Below are positions 9,968-18,948 of a stretch of 64,000 bases of DNA, one piece after another. The stretch comes from Sulfobacillus acidophilus (lineage in GTDB: Bacteria > Bacillota > Sulfobacillia > Sulfobacillales > Sulfobacillaceae). The notes beneath the pieces were generated by a model that saw only the letters and a program-made list of their open reading frames with translations, had not been told where the DNA came from and did no database searches. The stretch is taken from NCBI GenBank assembly GCA_003023745.1, contig PXYV01000020.1, positions 3,219 to 67,218 on the forward strand. Reading direction: 5' to 3'. The position numbers and the translations under genes were made by a program. How positions within the stretch are numbered: the first letter of the stretch is position 1; every line of letters begins with the position of its first letter.

Positions 9968-11340
9968 TACGATTCACCCTCAATCTCCAGTGCGCTCAGC
10001 ATGGTGTTGAACTTCCAGTCGGATTCGGCCAGTTCCGTGGCGGGGTCTGAATCTTCCATAATGCCGCAGCCCGCATACAATACCACGTTATTACCGCGGA
10101 TAATGCCCGAGCGCAATGCCACGATCCACTGGCCATCGCCCGATAGTTCGGTCCATCCCAGCGATCCCGCGTACCATCCACGGGCAAACGGCTCGGCCAC
10201 GTTGACAATGTACTGGGTGGACGCCTCAATAGGGTATCCGGCGACGGCTGGCGTGGGATGCAGTTTCTGCACCACCGACCATAGACTGGCGTCGGGTTTG
10301 AGCCGGGCAAAAACCGGAGTGAGCAAATGCTGGACGCTGGGGAGCTTCTTTAAATTGGGCACTTCGGGCATTTTCAGGGACACCGTTAAATCGCTCAGAG
10401 CTTCTTGCACGTGCCGCCGCACAACGCCGTGCTCACGCGCGCTCTTTGGATCGCGCTGCATGCGCAACGCACAGTCAAAATCTTCTTCTGGGGTTAGACC
10501 GCGTGGAGCCGAACCAGCTAACGACATGCTTTCGACGGTGTCGTCGCGGACACGCGCTAAGAGTTCGGGGCTGGCGCCTAAGAACACACTGCCACTGTGG
10601 CGCATCGCAAAAACCGTGGCATCTGGATTTTGCGCACAAAGGTTGGCCAATATGCTGTCCACCCGCGCAGCCTGGGCATATTCCACGGTGAGTGCGCGCG
10701 CTAATACCACCTTTTCAAGACGTCCGGCGCGAATCGCTTGGGTGGCTTGTTCAACCTGCTTCAGCCACTGTGAACGAGCCGGATTGGCCACGATCCGTTC
10801 TGGCGTGAGGCTTTGCGGCACAAACGCGTTGGGGGAATCCGCCAAGGTTTCCCAAACGGCGTGTAGTTGACGGTGATAGTATTCTAACGGCTTCTCGCCG
10901 TCGATCGCCATGGTGACCTGTAGCGTCGCCTCATGCCGGGTCTGCACGACCTGCGCCAAGGGCAGGGCCAGGTAGACTCCCGGCCAGTCACTCCATAACG
11001 ATTCTGCAGAAAACGCCATGCCGCCTACTACTAATGTACGGGGCGGCAGTCCTTCCACAACAAGTTGGCGAGTATATTGCGCCATCCGGTCTAAGCTGGA
11101 GCTGTCGCGCCACTGCCAATCTCTCACTGACCCTAGGCCCAACTGAGCCGAGCCGTCAGGACCCGTAAAAAGCCAAGCAAACCCCTGATAACGGACGAAA
11201 GCTTGTACCAAGGGAACGGCAGGAATCGCCAAAGATTTAGCGAACCACTCTCTATGGCCGGTCTTTCGGGCATGTTCCAGAGCGCGGCGCAGATGCTCAT
11301 CAAACCACGTTCGCGTTAAGTTCAAAGCACTCGCATCCAT
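9964..11340 (-). CDS. menF: Isochorismate synthase
   Basis: KVVLAR, FLGASPELL, LHPTPAVAG, YAGCGIMEDSDP. Confidence 0.93.
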   Translation of the reverse strand: MDASALNLTRTWFDEHLRRALEHARKTGHREWFAKSLAIPAVPLVQAFVRYQGFAWLFTGPDGSAQLGLGSVRDWQWRDSSSLDRMAQYTRQLVVEGLPPRTLVVGGMAFSAESLWSDWPGVYLALPLAQVVQTRHEATLQVTMAIDGEKPLEYYHRQLHAVWETLADSPNAFVPQSLTPERIVANPARSQWLKQVEQATQAIRAGRLEKVVLARALTVEYAQAARVDSILANLCAQNPDATVFAMRHSGSVFLGASPELLARVRDDTVESMSLAGSAPRGLTPEEDFDCALRMQRDPKSAREHGVVRRHVQEALSDLTVSLKMPEVPNLKKLPSVQHLLTPVFARLKPDASLWSVVQKLHPTPAVAGYPIEASTQYIVNVAEPFARGWYAGSLGWTELSGDGQWIVALRSGIIRGNNVVLYAGCGIMEDSDPATELAESDWKFNTMLSALEIEGESY

Positions 11341-11421
11341 ACTGCTACTATAGGCTCAGTGCCATTTGAAATCAACCGATGCCAATAGGCGCGCAGCGTG
11401 TGTTAAGATGCGGGAAACAGC

Positions 11422-12285
11422 GTGCCTAGAGCGCGAAATAACAGAGGTGACAGCGTGTACTATCAAGGAGAGCCGGGGGCATTCAGCGAAGCGGCAATTC
11501 TTCATTATTTCCCCGGTGAAGAGCCGCAAGGGTTGCCGTCCTTTGAGGCGGCCTTTGCGCAGCTATTGGACGACTCGCACGCCTTTGGGCTTCTACCCAT
11601 TGAAAACGCATATCGTGGACCGGTCACGGAAGTGTGGGACCGATTGGTGGGCAATGACCGGTTAACCATTTGGGCCGAAGTGGTGGAGCCGGTTCATCTC
11701 GCCCTCATGGCACATGCCGGTGAGACGCTGACAAGCATCCGGCGCGTGCGCTCACATCCCCAGGCGCTGATGCAAAGCCGCGGGTTTTGGCAGCCGCGTG
11801 GATATGAGGCCGAGCCATCTTTGGATACGGCGGGCAGTGCACGCGAAGTAGCCGAGAATCATTGGCCGGGGGTGGCTGCCATTGCCAGTCCGCGCGCCGC
11901 GCAGCGCTACGGGTTGAACATTTTGGCGGCACCTTTAGAAGACTATCCGGACAACCGTACTCGATTTTGGCTGATTTCTCAACGCCAGCCGCGGTTGCCT
12001 GAGGGGCGGGTGCAAACCATGAAAGCGACGTTGGCGTTCGACGTGGTTCATCAACCCGGATCTCTGTCCCGGGTTCTCAACATTTTTTCCGCTCGCCAGA
12101 TCGATTTGACCAAGATCGAATCGCGCCCGCGACCGGGGGTCCCCTTCGAATTTAGATTCTGGATCGATGTGGCACTCAGGGACACCGAGGCGGCCACCTT
12201 ATTCGAAGCGTTGGCTCAAGTGCAGACCTCGGTGCTCTTTTATCGGTTTTTAGGGTACTATCCGGCACTGGCCGACGAGGCTTAA
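11422..12285 (+). CDS. pheA: Prephenate dehydratase with ACT domain
   Basis: QGEPGAFSE, PIEN, SHPQAL, NRTRF, LTKIESRP. Confidence 0.93.
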   Translation: MPRARNNRGDSVYYQGEPGAFSEAAILHYFPGEEPQGLPSFEAAFAQLLDDSHAFGLLPIENAYRGPVTEVWDRLVGNDRLTIWAEVVEPVHLALMAHAGETLTSIRRVRSHPQALMQSRGFWQPRGYEAEPSLDTAGSAREVAENHWPGVAAIASPRAAQRYGLNILAAPLEDYPDNRTRFWLISQRQPRLPEGRVQTMKATLAFDVVHQPGSLSRVLNIFSARQIDLTKIESRPRPGVPFEFRFWIDVALRDTEAATLFEALAQVQTSVLFYRFLGYYPALADEA

Positions 12286-12369
12286 ATCGGATTGAGGCAC
12301 GACGACGATCGGAGTCCCCCGTGATTAGGATAAGCCGCGATGTCAGTCAGCACCGCCCGTCAAACGGGC

Positions 12370-12432
12370 TTGTCAACCCGCTCGCAGTTTCGTACAATTA
12401 AATAACAATTGCCATAAGCAAATGTTGTTTAA
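12370..12432 (+). promoter_or_regulatory. sigma-A promoter followed by an inverted repeat (candidate operator)
   Basis: TTGTCA-17 bp-TACAAT (12370-12398); TTAAATAACAATTGC-N5-GCAAATGTTGTTTAA inverted repeat with 2 mismatches (12398-12432). Confidence 0.55.
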
Positions 12433-12463
12433 TGAAATGTTCGTCCTGTTCGGAGGCGAGCTC

Positions 12464-14314
12464 ATGCAAAATGTGACCGAAATTTTGCGTTGCAGCGCGG
12501 AGCGTTTTGGCGAGAAGGCGGTGCAACGTTTTTTTAACGGCACCGACTGGGTGGACCGCAGCTATCGCCAATTGTGGGAAGACATTCAAGCCACGTGCCG
12601 CGGGCTAGTGGCACTTGGTGTCAGGCCGGGCGATCGGGTGGCGATTATGGCGACAACACGGCCTGACTGGGTGTTGGCTGACTACGCCATTTTGTGTGCG
12701 GATGGGGTGACGGTCCCCATCTATCCATCGTCTACACCAGACCAGGTGCGGCATATTTGCGAAGATGCCGAGGTGCGATGGGCGATCGTTGAAAATAGCA
12801 TCATGGCGGCGAAACTGCCCGATTTCTCACACTGCATCATGATGACAGGCGATGACGATGTTGGCTGCCGATCATTAGCCAATCTGAAGATTCCAGGGGA
12901 GCCCATTGCCCCTGCGCGTGGCCTCCAAGATTTGGCTACACTGGTGTATACTTCGGGGACCACCGGCTTGCCCAAAGGCGTGATGCTGACGCACGGCAAT
13001 CTATTGGCCAACGTCGAGTCGATTTTGAAGGTGGCCGCGACGTGGCCTTCTATGCGCATGACCCCGGATGATGTGGCGTTGTCCTTCTTGCCGTTGTCCC
13101 ATATTTTGGAGCGCACCGGACATAACGTTCTTTTGCATGAAGGCGTCACCATCGCCTATGCGCGCTCGACCGACCAGCTTGCGCAAGACTTGCTGGCTGT
13201 TCGGCCCACCCTGATGATTGCCGTGCCCCGGGTCTTTGAGAAAATTCATGGGCGAATCATCACCCAAGTTGGCCAGTATTCTTGGCCCAAGCGATGGGTG
13301 TTTGAGGCGAGCGTGCGGGCCGGCAAAAAATATTATCACCAGATTTTGTCCCATCCCCCAGCGCCGATACGGCGACCGTGGACTAGCAAGTGGTATGACC
13401 GACTGGTCCTGCAAAAGATCCGGGCTGCGATTGGCGGACGCTTGCGATACGTGATTGCTGGCGGTGCCTCGCTGTCAAAGGAAATCGGTCTATTCTTCTT
13501 TGCCATGGGCATTCCCGTCTTGGAAGGGTACGGACTGACGGAGACAGCGCCGGTGTTGACGCTCAATGTGCCCGAATGGCCCCGCTACGGTAGCGTGGGC
13601 GTGGCGTTGCCAGGTGTCGACCTTGCTATCGCCGAGGATGGCGAGATCTTGGCGCGCGGACCTAATGTCTCGCCCGGCTATTGGCATCTGGAGGCGGAAA
13701 CTGCTGCAGCGTTTGTGGATGGATGGTTTCACACCGGCGATGTTGGAGAGTTGACGGACGGTTATCTTCGCGTGACAGGTCGTAAAAAGCAGATCATCGT
13801 GTTGTCTACCGGAAAAAACGTGTCGCCGCAGACCGTCGAGCAAAAGCTGATGTTAAGCCCGCTTGTCGAACAAGCGGTGGTCGTGGGCAACGGCCGCAAA
13901 TTTGTTTCCGCCCTGCTATATCTTGATCCTGATGGCGTGCACGATTGGGCTCAGAGTCGTCGCAAGGCCATCACGGCAATCCCGGCGCTGCTGTCCGACC
14001 CGGATTTGTTGCCGTATGTGATGGAGGAGGTGCGCCGGGTCACGGCCGAACTGGCCTTGTTTGAACAGCCGAAGCGCGTGGCTTTCTTGCCGGAGCCTTT
14101 GTCGGAGGAGCGCGGCGAACTGACACCGTCTTTGAAGGTGAAACGGGCGGTCGTCGAGGCACGCTATCACGCGTTAATTGACACCTTGTACAGCGAGGCC
14201 GACGCCAATTGGGCGCGGGCTGCGAATCAGTCGGCGATGCAGGTGAGCCGCGCCTTGCTGGCTATTGCCGTGGGTGTCGGGTTGGCGCTCGTGATTCGCT
14301 GGATGGAGCGCTAA
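12464..14314 (+). CDS. Long-chain fatty-acid-CoA ligase with C-terminal hydrophobic tail
   Basis: YTSGTTGLPKGV, FLPLSHILER, EGYGLTETAP, GWFHTGDVG; ATG 12464 behind GGAGG. Confidence 0.9.
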   Translation: MQNVTEILRCSAERFGEKAVQRFFNGTDWVDRSYRQLWEDIQATCRGLVALGVRPGDRVAIMATTRPDWVLADYAILCADGVTVPIYPSSTPDQVRHICEDAEVRWAIVENSIMAAKLPDFSHCIMMTGDDDVGCRSLANLKIPGEPIAPARGLQDLATLVYTSGTTGLPKGVMLTHGNLLANVESILKVAATWPSMRMTPDDVALSFLPLSHILERTGHNVLLHEGVTIAYARSTDQLAQDLLAVRPTLMIAVPRVFEKIHGRIITQVGQYSWPKRWVFEASVRAGKKYYHQILSHPPAPIRRPWTSKWYDRLVLQKIRAAIGGRLRYVIAGGASLSKEIGLFFFAMGIPVLEGYGLTETAPVLTLNVPEWPRYGSVGVALPGVDLAIAEDGEILARGPNVSPGYWHLEAETAAAFVDGWFHTGDVGELTDGYLRVTGRKKQIIVLSTGKNVSPQTVEQKLMLSPLVEQAVVVGNGRKFVSALLYLDPDGVHDWAQSRRKAITAIPALLSDPDLLPYVMEEVRRVTAELALFEQPKRVAFLPEPLSEERGELTPSLKVKRAVVEARYHALIDTLYSEADANWARAANQSAMQVSRALLAIAVGVGLALVIRWMER

Positions 14315-14921
14315 TGGGCACAATGGTTGGTTGCAGCGATGATGCCACGACCATTTGGCGGTGTCCGCCTGCTTGCTCTATGAGAGCTTGAACTCTGGGC
14401 CAGTTTTCATCGGCCAACGTCAGTTCGAGCGTGACGTCGGCTGCAAAAGTGGCTTCCTCGGAGAGAATATAAGCTTTAAGCGATCGGTGAACCCGTTCGT
14501 AAAGCGCATAGTCCAGATGGATCAGCGCGTGCCGGACAACCATGCGCTGGCCCGCCACCGTGCTTTGTAGCGCCAATTGGGCCGCGTGCTGATAGGCGTG
14601 AACTAACCCGCCGCGGCCGAGTTTAATCCCGCCAAAGTACCGGACTACGATAACCAGGGTTTCTTCCCAGCCTTCTCGTACCAGAATGTTCAAGATCGGC
14701 AATCCGGCGGTTCCTTGCGGCTCGCCGTCGTCGAACGCCCGCTGGTGTGCCGAGTCGATGCGATAGACGAAGGTATAGTGATTGGCAAGCGGATAGGCGC
14801 GTTTGACCTCTGATAAACAGGGTGGCAAATCGTCAACGGTGGCCATGTGGAAACTAGTACCAATGAATCGGGAACGTTCGATAATATACTCGACCGGATG
14901 AGAGGTGAACACGGTTGGCAC
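14262..14921 (-). CDS. yigZ: YigZ/IMPACT family protein
   Basis: DDGEPQGTAG, VVRYFGGIKLGRGGL; start taken as GTG 14921. Confidence 0.9.
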   Translation of the reverse strand: MPTVFTSHPVEYIIERSRFIGTSFHMATVDDLPPCLSEVKRAYPLANHYTFVYRIDSAHQRAFDDGEPQGTAGLPILNILVREGWEETLVIVVRYFGGIKLGRGGLVHAYQHAAQLALQSTVAGQRMVVRHALIHLDYALYERVHRSLKAYILSEEATFAADVTLELTLADENWPRVQALIEQAGGHRQMVVASSLQPTIVPISAPSSESRAPTRHPRQ

Positions 14922-15021
14922 GCCCAGCACGTCCTTAAAAGCGCATTTTTGCCTGTCTTTGGCGTACACTAGCATATCGCTGTGGGACTGATTCCACTAG
15001 TCATGAAGAGTTGCCAATGGT

Positions 15022-16296
15022 ATGGTGAAGGTGATTGAAGGAGTAGGAAAGGGGGTGGCAACACTGGTTAAAGGCAACCTGACGGATCCGGGGTTTACAA
15101 GTGAAGCGGCGCGCTGGATTGATTGGGCGGTGGCGCATCACGAAGAGACGTTAGCCACTCGACCGGAAGTGATGATTTTGGCGGCCCGCTATGGAGATGG
15201 CCATTTGCGCGCGGCCAAAGCTATCGCGATGAAATTGATGATGTCACAACCGACGTTGAAATTGGGTGTGCTAGACTACTACAAATTTGTCAATCCTCGT
15301 CTCGATAGTGCCATTCGGTGGGCTTACTTAAGTTCCGTGCGGTTTATTCCGAGTATCTGGAAAAAGTTTTATACCGCTACGCAGCGGATAGATCCGGAAT
15401 CTTCGACGCAGCATTTTTTGAATCGGGTGGGAATCGAGTCATTTTATGCGGCTATCCGGCAGGACCCACCCAAAGTTTTGGTTTCCACCTATCCTACCGC
15501 GGCTGGAGTCGTGTCCACATTGAAGCAGCAAGGGCGCTTGGATACCCTCAATTACGTGGTGATGACGGACTATAGCATTCATTCTCAGTGGATTCATAAA
15601 TATGTCGACTTGTATTTTGTTGGGGGCGCCGATATGAAGGACGCGCTGGTGGCGCGGGGAGTTCCGTCCGAGCGCATCATCGTATCCGGCATTCCCGTCG
15701 ACAATCGGTTTGAGGAGCCCGTTGACGAGGATTTAGTGCGAAGAAATCTCGGGGTGGGGACGGAACCCATTATTCTATTTATGGGTGGAACATATATGCC
15801 CTTGGGTGAATTCGCCCAAATTCTACCCGAGATCGATCGGGTTTCGGTACCCCATGCCACGGTTGTCATTGCAGGCCGCGAAGAGAATCGTCGAGCCATT
15901 GCGGAACACTATCAACAAGAATCAACCCATCCGATGGTGGTGTTGGGATACGTCGACAATGTTCACGAGTTGATGGCGGTAAGCTCCATTCTGGTGAGCA
16001 AGGCGGGCGGCTTGACCACCACAGAAGCGTTGTGCCGGGGATTGCCCATGTTAATTTATCGCCCAATTCCGGGTCAAGAGGATGCGAATGCGACGTATGT
16101 GGTGCGGCATGGTGCGGGTTTTCTTGCTAAGGACCAAAGCGACGTGGGGGAAATGCTGGGGCATTTGTTGGCTCATCCGTGGGAAATGAAGGCTTTGGCC
16201 AGACAAGCACGGGCGTTAGGGCATCCGGAGGCGGCCAGCGTGATTGCGGGACGGATTTTGGAGGCGCTGTCCGATTGCGAAGCGCATGCGCAATAG
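15022..16296 (+). CDS. MGDG synthase / UgtP-like diacylglycerol glycosyltransferase (GT28)
   Basis: YGDGHLRAA, TDYSIHSQW, SGIPV, SKAGGLTTTEA, PIPGQE. Confidence 0.88.
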   Translation: MVKVIEGVGKGVATLVKGNLTDPGFTSEAARWIDWAVAHHEETLATRPEVMILAARYGDGHLRAAKAIAMKLMMSQPTLKLGVLDYYKFVNPRLDSAIRWAYLSSVRFIPSIWKKFYTATQRIDPESSTQHFLNRVGIESFYAAIRQDPPKVLVSTYPTAAGVVSTLKQQGRLDTLNYVVMTDYSIHSQWIHKYVDLYFVGGADMKDALVARGVPSERIIVSGIPVDNRFEEPVDEDLVRRNLGVGTEPIILFMGGTYMPLGEFAQILPEIDRVSVPHATVVIAGREENRRAIAEHYQQESTHPMVVLGYVDNVHELMAVSSILVSKAGGLTTTEALCRGLPMLIYRPIPGQEDANATYVVRHGAGFLAKDQSDVGEMLGHLLAHPWEMKALARQARALGHPEAASVIAGRILEALSDCEAHAQ

Positions 16297-16441
16297 GTGC
16301 AGTGCCGGGCGGGCATAGACGCCGTAGTGAAGTCTTAAGGGGCGGATGGGAGCGGCAGAAGGGGACTGGCACGATACCATAGAGCCCGTCCTGGGCGGAG
16401 GTTCGGACACGTGGGACAGGATGAGTTGGGGTATGGTACTA

Positions 16442-16466
16442 GGGTCGCTGCCGTAGGTAGCGGCCC
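16442..16466. other. GC-rich hairpin in the intergenic region (possible terminator or processing stem)
   Basis: GGGTCGCTGCC-GTA-GGTAGCGGCCC stem; only a short TT tail. Confidence 0.35.
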
Positions 16467-16726
16467 CTTGCGGTGACTGTCGTTGGATCAGCTCGTGCTC
16501 GCAGCCAGTCTCCCGGGATCAGACGTTAGCAGGATTGGACGAGTGCGATCTGCTCTCATCCAGGCTCGGTCGGCCGACGGAGCGCGGGTATTCCAACCCC
16601 CTGGCGAGGACAGCGGGCCGACGCCGATTGCTTCAAGGCACTTTTTTCGATCGGCTATGAGGGTGTCGACTGGAAGTGAGCAGTTGGCGGAGACGGCCGA
16701 CAGGCAGAACCGGGGGGTTGATGTGA

Positions 16727-18004
16727 ATGCTAGGGGTTGTCGTTGGACTCGTCATTGCATGGATCTTGGTCTATCTTGCGCCGGACCTCTGGTTTCATCA
16801 TCTGCAGTGGGGGGCCTGGGCGGGGTCGAGCGCGCAGGCACAAGTCTCGCTCACCTTTGATGATGGTCCTGGGCCTGATACCGATCAGATTTTGAATGTT
16901 CTGCAGGAATTTCAGGTGCGCGCCACTTTTTTCATTGTGACGGAGCGTCTTCGCGAACGTCCCGAGGTGCTGGAGCGGCTGATTCGCCAGGGGCACGAGG
17001 TGGGACTACATATGACCCGTCATGTGTCGGCCTTTTTGCTCACTCCCTGGAAGAGCTTTGCCGAAGTCACGCGGGGGGTGCGTGAATTAGAAGCACTAGG
17101 CCAGCGTCCGCAGTTTTTTCGACCGCCCTGGGGACATGTCAACCTTGGCACCTGGCTGGCAGCCAAACGTTGCGGCCTTACGCTAGTCTTTTGGAGTGTC
17201 GCTCCAGACGACTGGAAGCCTCAAAAAAGGCCTGAGACCATCTCCCACTATGTCGTACAACTGGCGCAGCCGGGGTCGGTGGTCGTGTTGCATGACGCGG
17301 GAGGGTCGCGCGAACGCACTGCACGCGCGTTGCCGGCGATGATTGAGGGCTTGCGGGCACGGGGATTAGAACCGGTTCCGGTGGCTGCGTTGGACCGGGA
17401 GCGATCCGAATGGCGGCGGATGTGGAACTGGTGGGAAATACGCTTTACCCGCCAATGGGACATCGAATCAATTCCCAATTCTGGCGGGGGTCAGCCGATT
17501 TTACGGATTGGCCATATTAGGTATCGCGGCCCCGCGGTGCGGCTATCGTCCGGACGCGATTTAAGACGTGGCGTCGCGATGGGCGAAATTCATTTTGGCA
17601 ATCCGGCCCTGGCGCAGTTTAGCGGACAAGCCGTCTCGGGGTTGCGGGCACTGCACAAAGTCATGACGGCTCTGAGCGACTTGGTGCAATGGCTCGATCA
17701 GCACGAATCGTATGGTGACATTGTGGTGGTGGGGGGAATCACGCTCTTGGATGCCGCCCATACCATCGAAAAACTGGGTTTTCAGCACGTGCCGGTCCGT
17801 GGCTGGACCAAGTGGTCGATGTGGGGGTATCTTCTCGTCTTAATGATTATCTACCACCGGGATGGGTGGCGCACCCTAAGGCGCTTTCGGCGACTGGAGC
17901 CGGTGCTCTTGCTGATGGATATCGACACGCTGCGGGAGCGATTTGGCAAGACGCACAACGCTAAGGGCGCCCGTACTCTGACAACGGCCGAACGCCAGCC
18001 ATAA
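16727..18004 (+). CDS. Membrane-anchored polysaccharide deacetylase (CE4/NodB) fused to a YkoP-like C-terminal domain
   Basis: N-terminal TM; LTFDDGP, HEVGLH, FRPPWG, VVLHDAG; C-terminal region with YRG...GEIHFGN...GIT...KLGF resembling YkoP. Confidence 0.85.
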   Translation: MLGVVVGLVIAWILVYLAPDLWFHHLQWGAWAGSSAQAQVSLTFDDGPGPDTDQILNVLQEFQVRATFFIVTERLRERPEVLERLIRQGHEVGLHMTRHVSAFLLTPWKSFAEVTRGVRELEALGQRPQFFRPPWGHVNLGTWLAAKRCGLTLVFWSVAPDDWKPQKRPETISHYVVQLAQPGSVVVLHDAGGSRERTARALPAMIEGLRARGLEPVPVAALDRERSEWRRMWNWWEIRFTRQWDIESIPNSGGGQPILRIGHIRYRGPAVRLSSGRDLRRGVAMGEIHFGNPALAQFSGQAVSGLRALHKVMTALSDLVQWLDQHESYGDIVVVGGITLLDAAHTIEKLGFQHVPVRGWTKWSMWGYLLVLMIIYHRDGWRTLRRFRRLEPVLLLMDIDTLRERFGKTHNAKGARTLTTAERQP

Positions 18005-18013
18005 CGGGCGAGA

Positions 18014-18313
18014 CTAGGTCTCGGCCTTCCAGTGGGGATTTAGCGCGACCACCACGTCCTCACGAAATTGCGGGTCACTTTGCGCCAACTGCCGGATCAC
18101 TTCCAACAAAGTTTTTTGAAAATAACTGCCTTTGGCATTATCAGGTCTGAGCCAGGACAAAAGAAAGTCGGCAGTCACCTCGGCTATTAGCGCTTCCCCT
18201 TCTTCGGTGCGAAAAAATCGGTGCAGCCACTCTTCGATGCGAGGCTCGATAATGGCCTCGACGCGCTTTTCAATTCGACTTTCAAGGCGTTCGCGTATCA
18301 TGGAGACCTCCAA
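18014..18313 (-). CDS. Hypothetical helical protein
   Basis: Plausible composition; fills the gap; ATG 18301 behind GGAGG is a likely start. Confidence 0.6.
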   Translation of the reverse strand: MEVSMIRERLESRIEKRVEAIIEPRIEEWLHRFFRTEEGEALIAEVTADFLLSWLRPDNAKGSYFQKTLLEVIRQLAQSDPQFREDVVVALNPHWKAET

Positions 18314-18423
18314 GAAATGGGTGATCGAGCCTGTAAGCTATGTTACCATAGACCTGTCCGGGACTGAATATTCCAGATAATTTGAGTGACTTCACTATGA
18401 TTTGCCCAAAAGGGGGTACCTTC

Positions 18424-18948
18424 GTGGAAGAGGAACGTCATGCCGTGACTTTGGTTGTCAATGGCCGAGCGGTAACCGAGGAGGTGGAACCGCGCCTGTT
18501 GCTGTCCCATTTCCTGAGAGACAATTTGGGACTCACAGGGACGCATGTGGGTTGCGATACCTCGCAGTGTGGGGTTTGTACAGTATGGGTGGACGGATTG
18601 CCGGTTAAATCCTGCACCGTGCTGACGGTGCAGGCCGATGGTTCCGAAATTACCACAGTGGAAGAATTGACCCATGATGGCGTGCCCCACGTCGTGCAAC
18701 AAGCGTTTCAACGAGAACACGGGCTGCAGTGCGGATTTTGTACGCCGGGTGCCTTGATGTTGAGTGCTTGGCACGTCGACCATTACCCCGGGGCTAGCGA
18801 CGCGGAAATTCGCGAAGCGTTGGATGGCCTCATTTGCCGGTGCACGGGCTATGAAAATATTGTTCGGGCGGTAAAGCGCGCCCAAGCGCTTCAGGAAGAG
18901 GCGCCCGCGGCGATGGCCGGCCAGGCTCGAGAGGAGGCATCGTCGTGA
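18424..18948 (+). CDS. coxS: Molybdenum hydroxylase 2x[2Fe-2S] small subunit (CoxS/CutS-like)
   Basis: GCDTSQCGVC, LQCGFCTPG, CRCTGY; GTG 18424 behind AGGGGG. Confidence 0.92.
   Translation: MEEERHAVTLVVNGRAVTEEVEPRLLLSHFLRDNLGLTGTHVGCDTSQCGVCTVWVDGLPVKSCTVLTVQADGSEITTVEELTHDGVPHVVQQAFQREHGLQCGFCTPGALMLSAWHVDHYPGASDAEIREALDGLICRCTGYENIVRAVKRAQALQEEAPAAMAGQAREEASS

Noticed and set aside
9935-10870. 311-aa + strand ORF and similar long antisense ORFs (e.g. 18343-19086, 48615-49325)
   Set aside because: Shadow frames of well-supported genes in GC-rich DNA, with no family motifs.
18367-18382. CodY box upstream of coxS
   Set aside because: Four or more mismatches to AATTTTCWGAAAATT; not distinguishable from chance.
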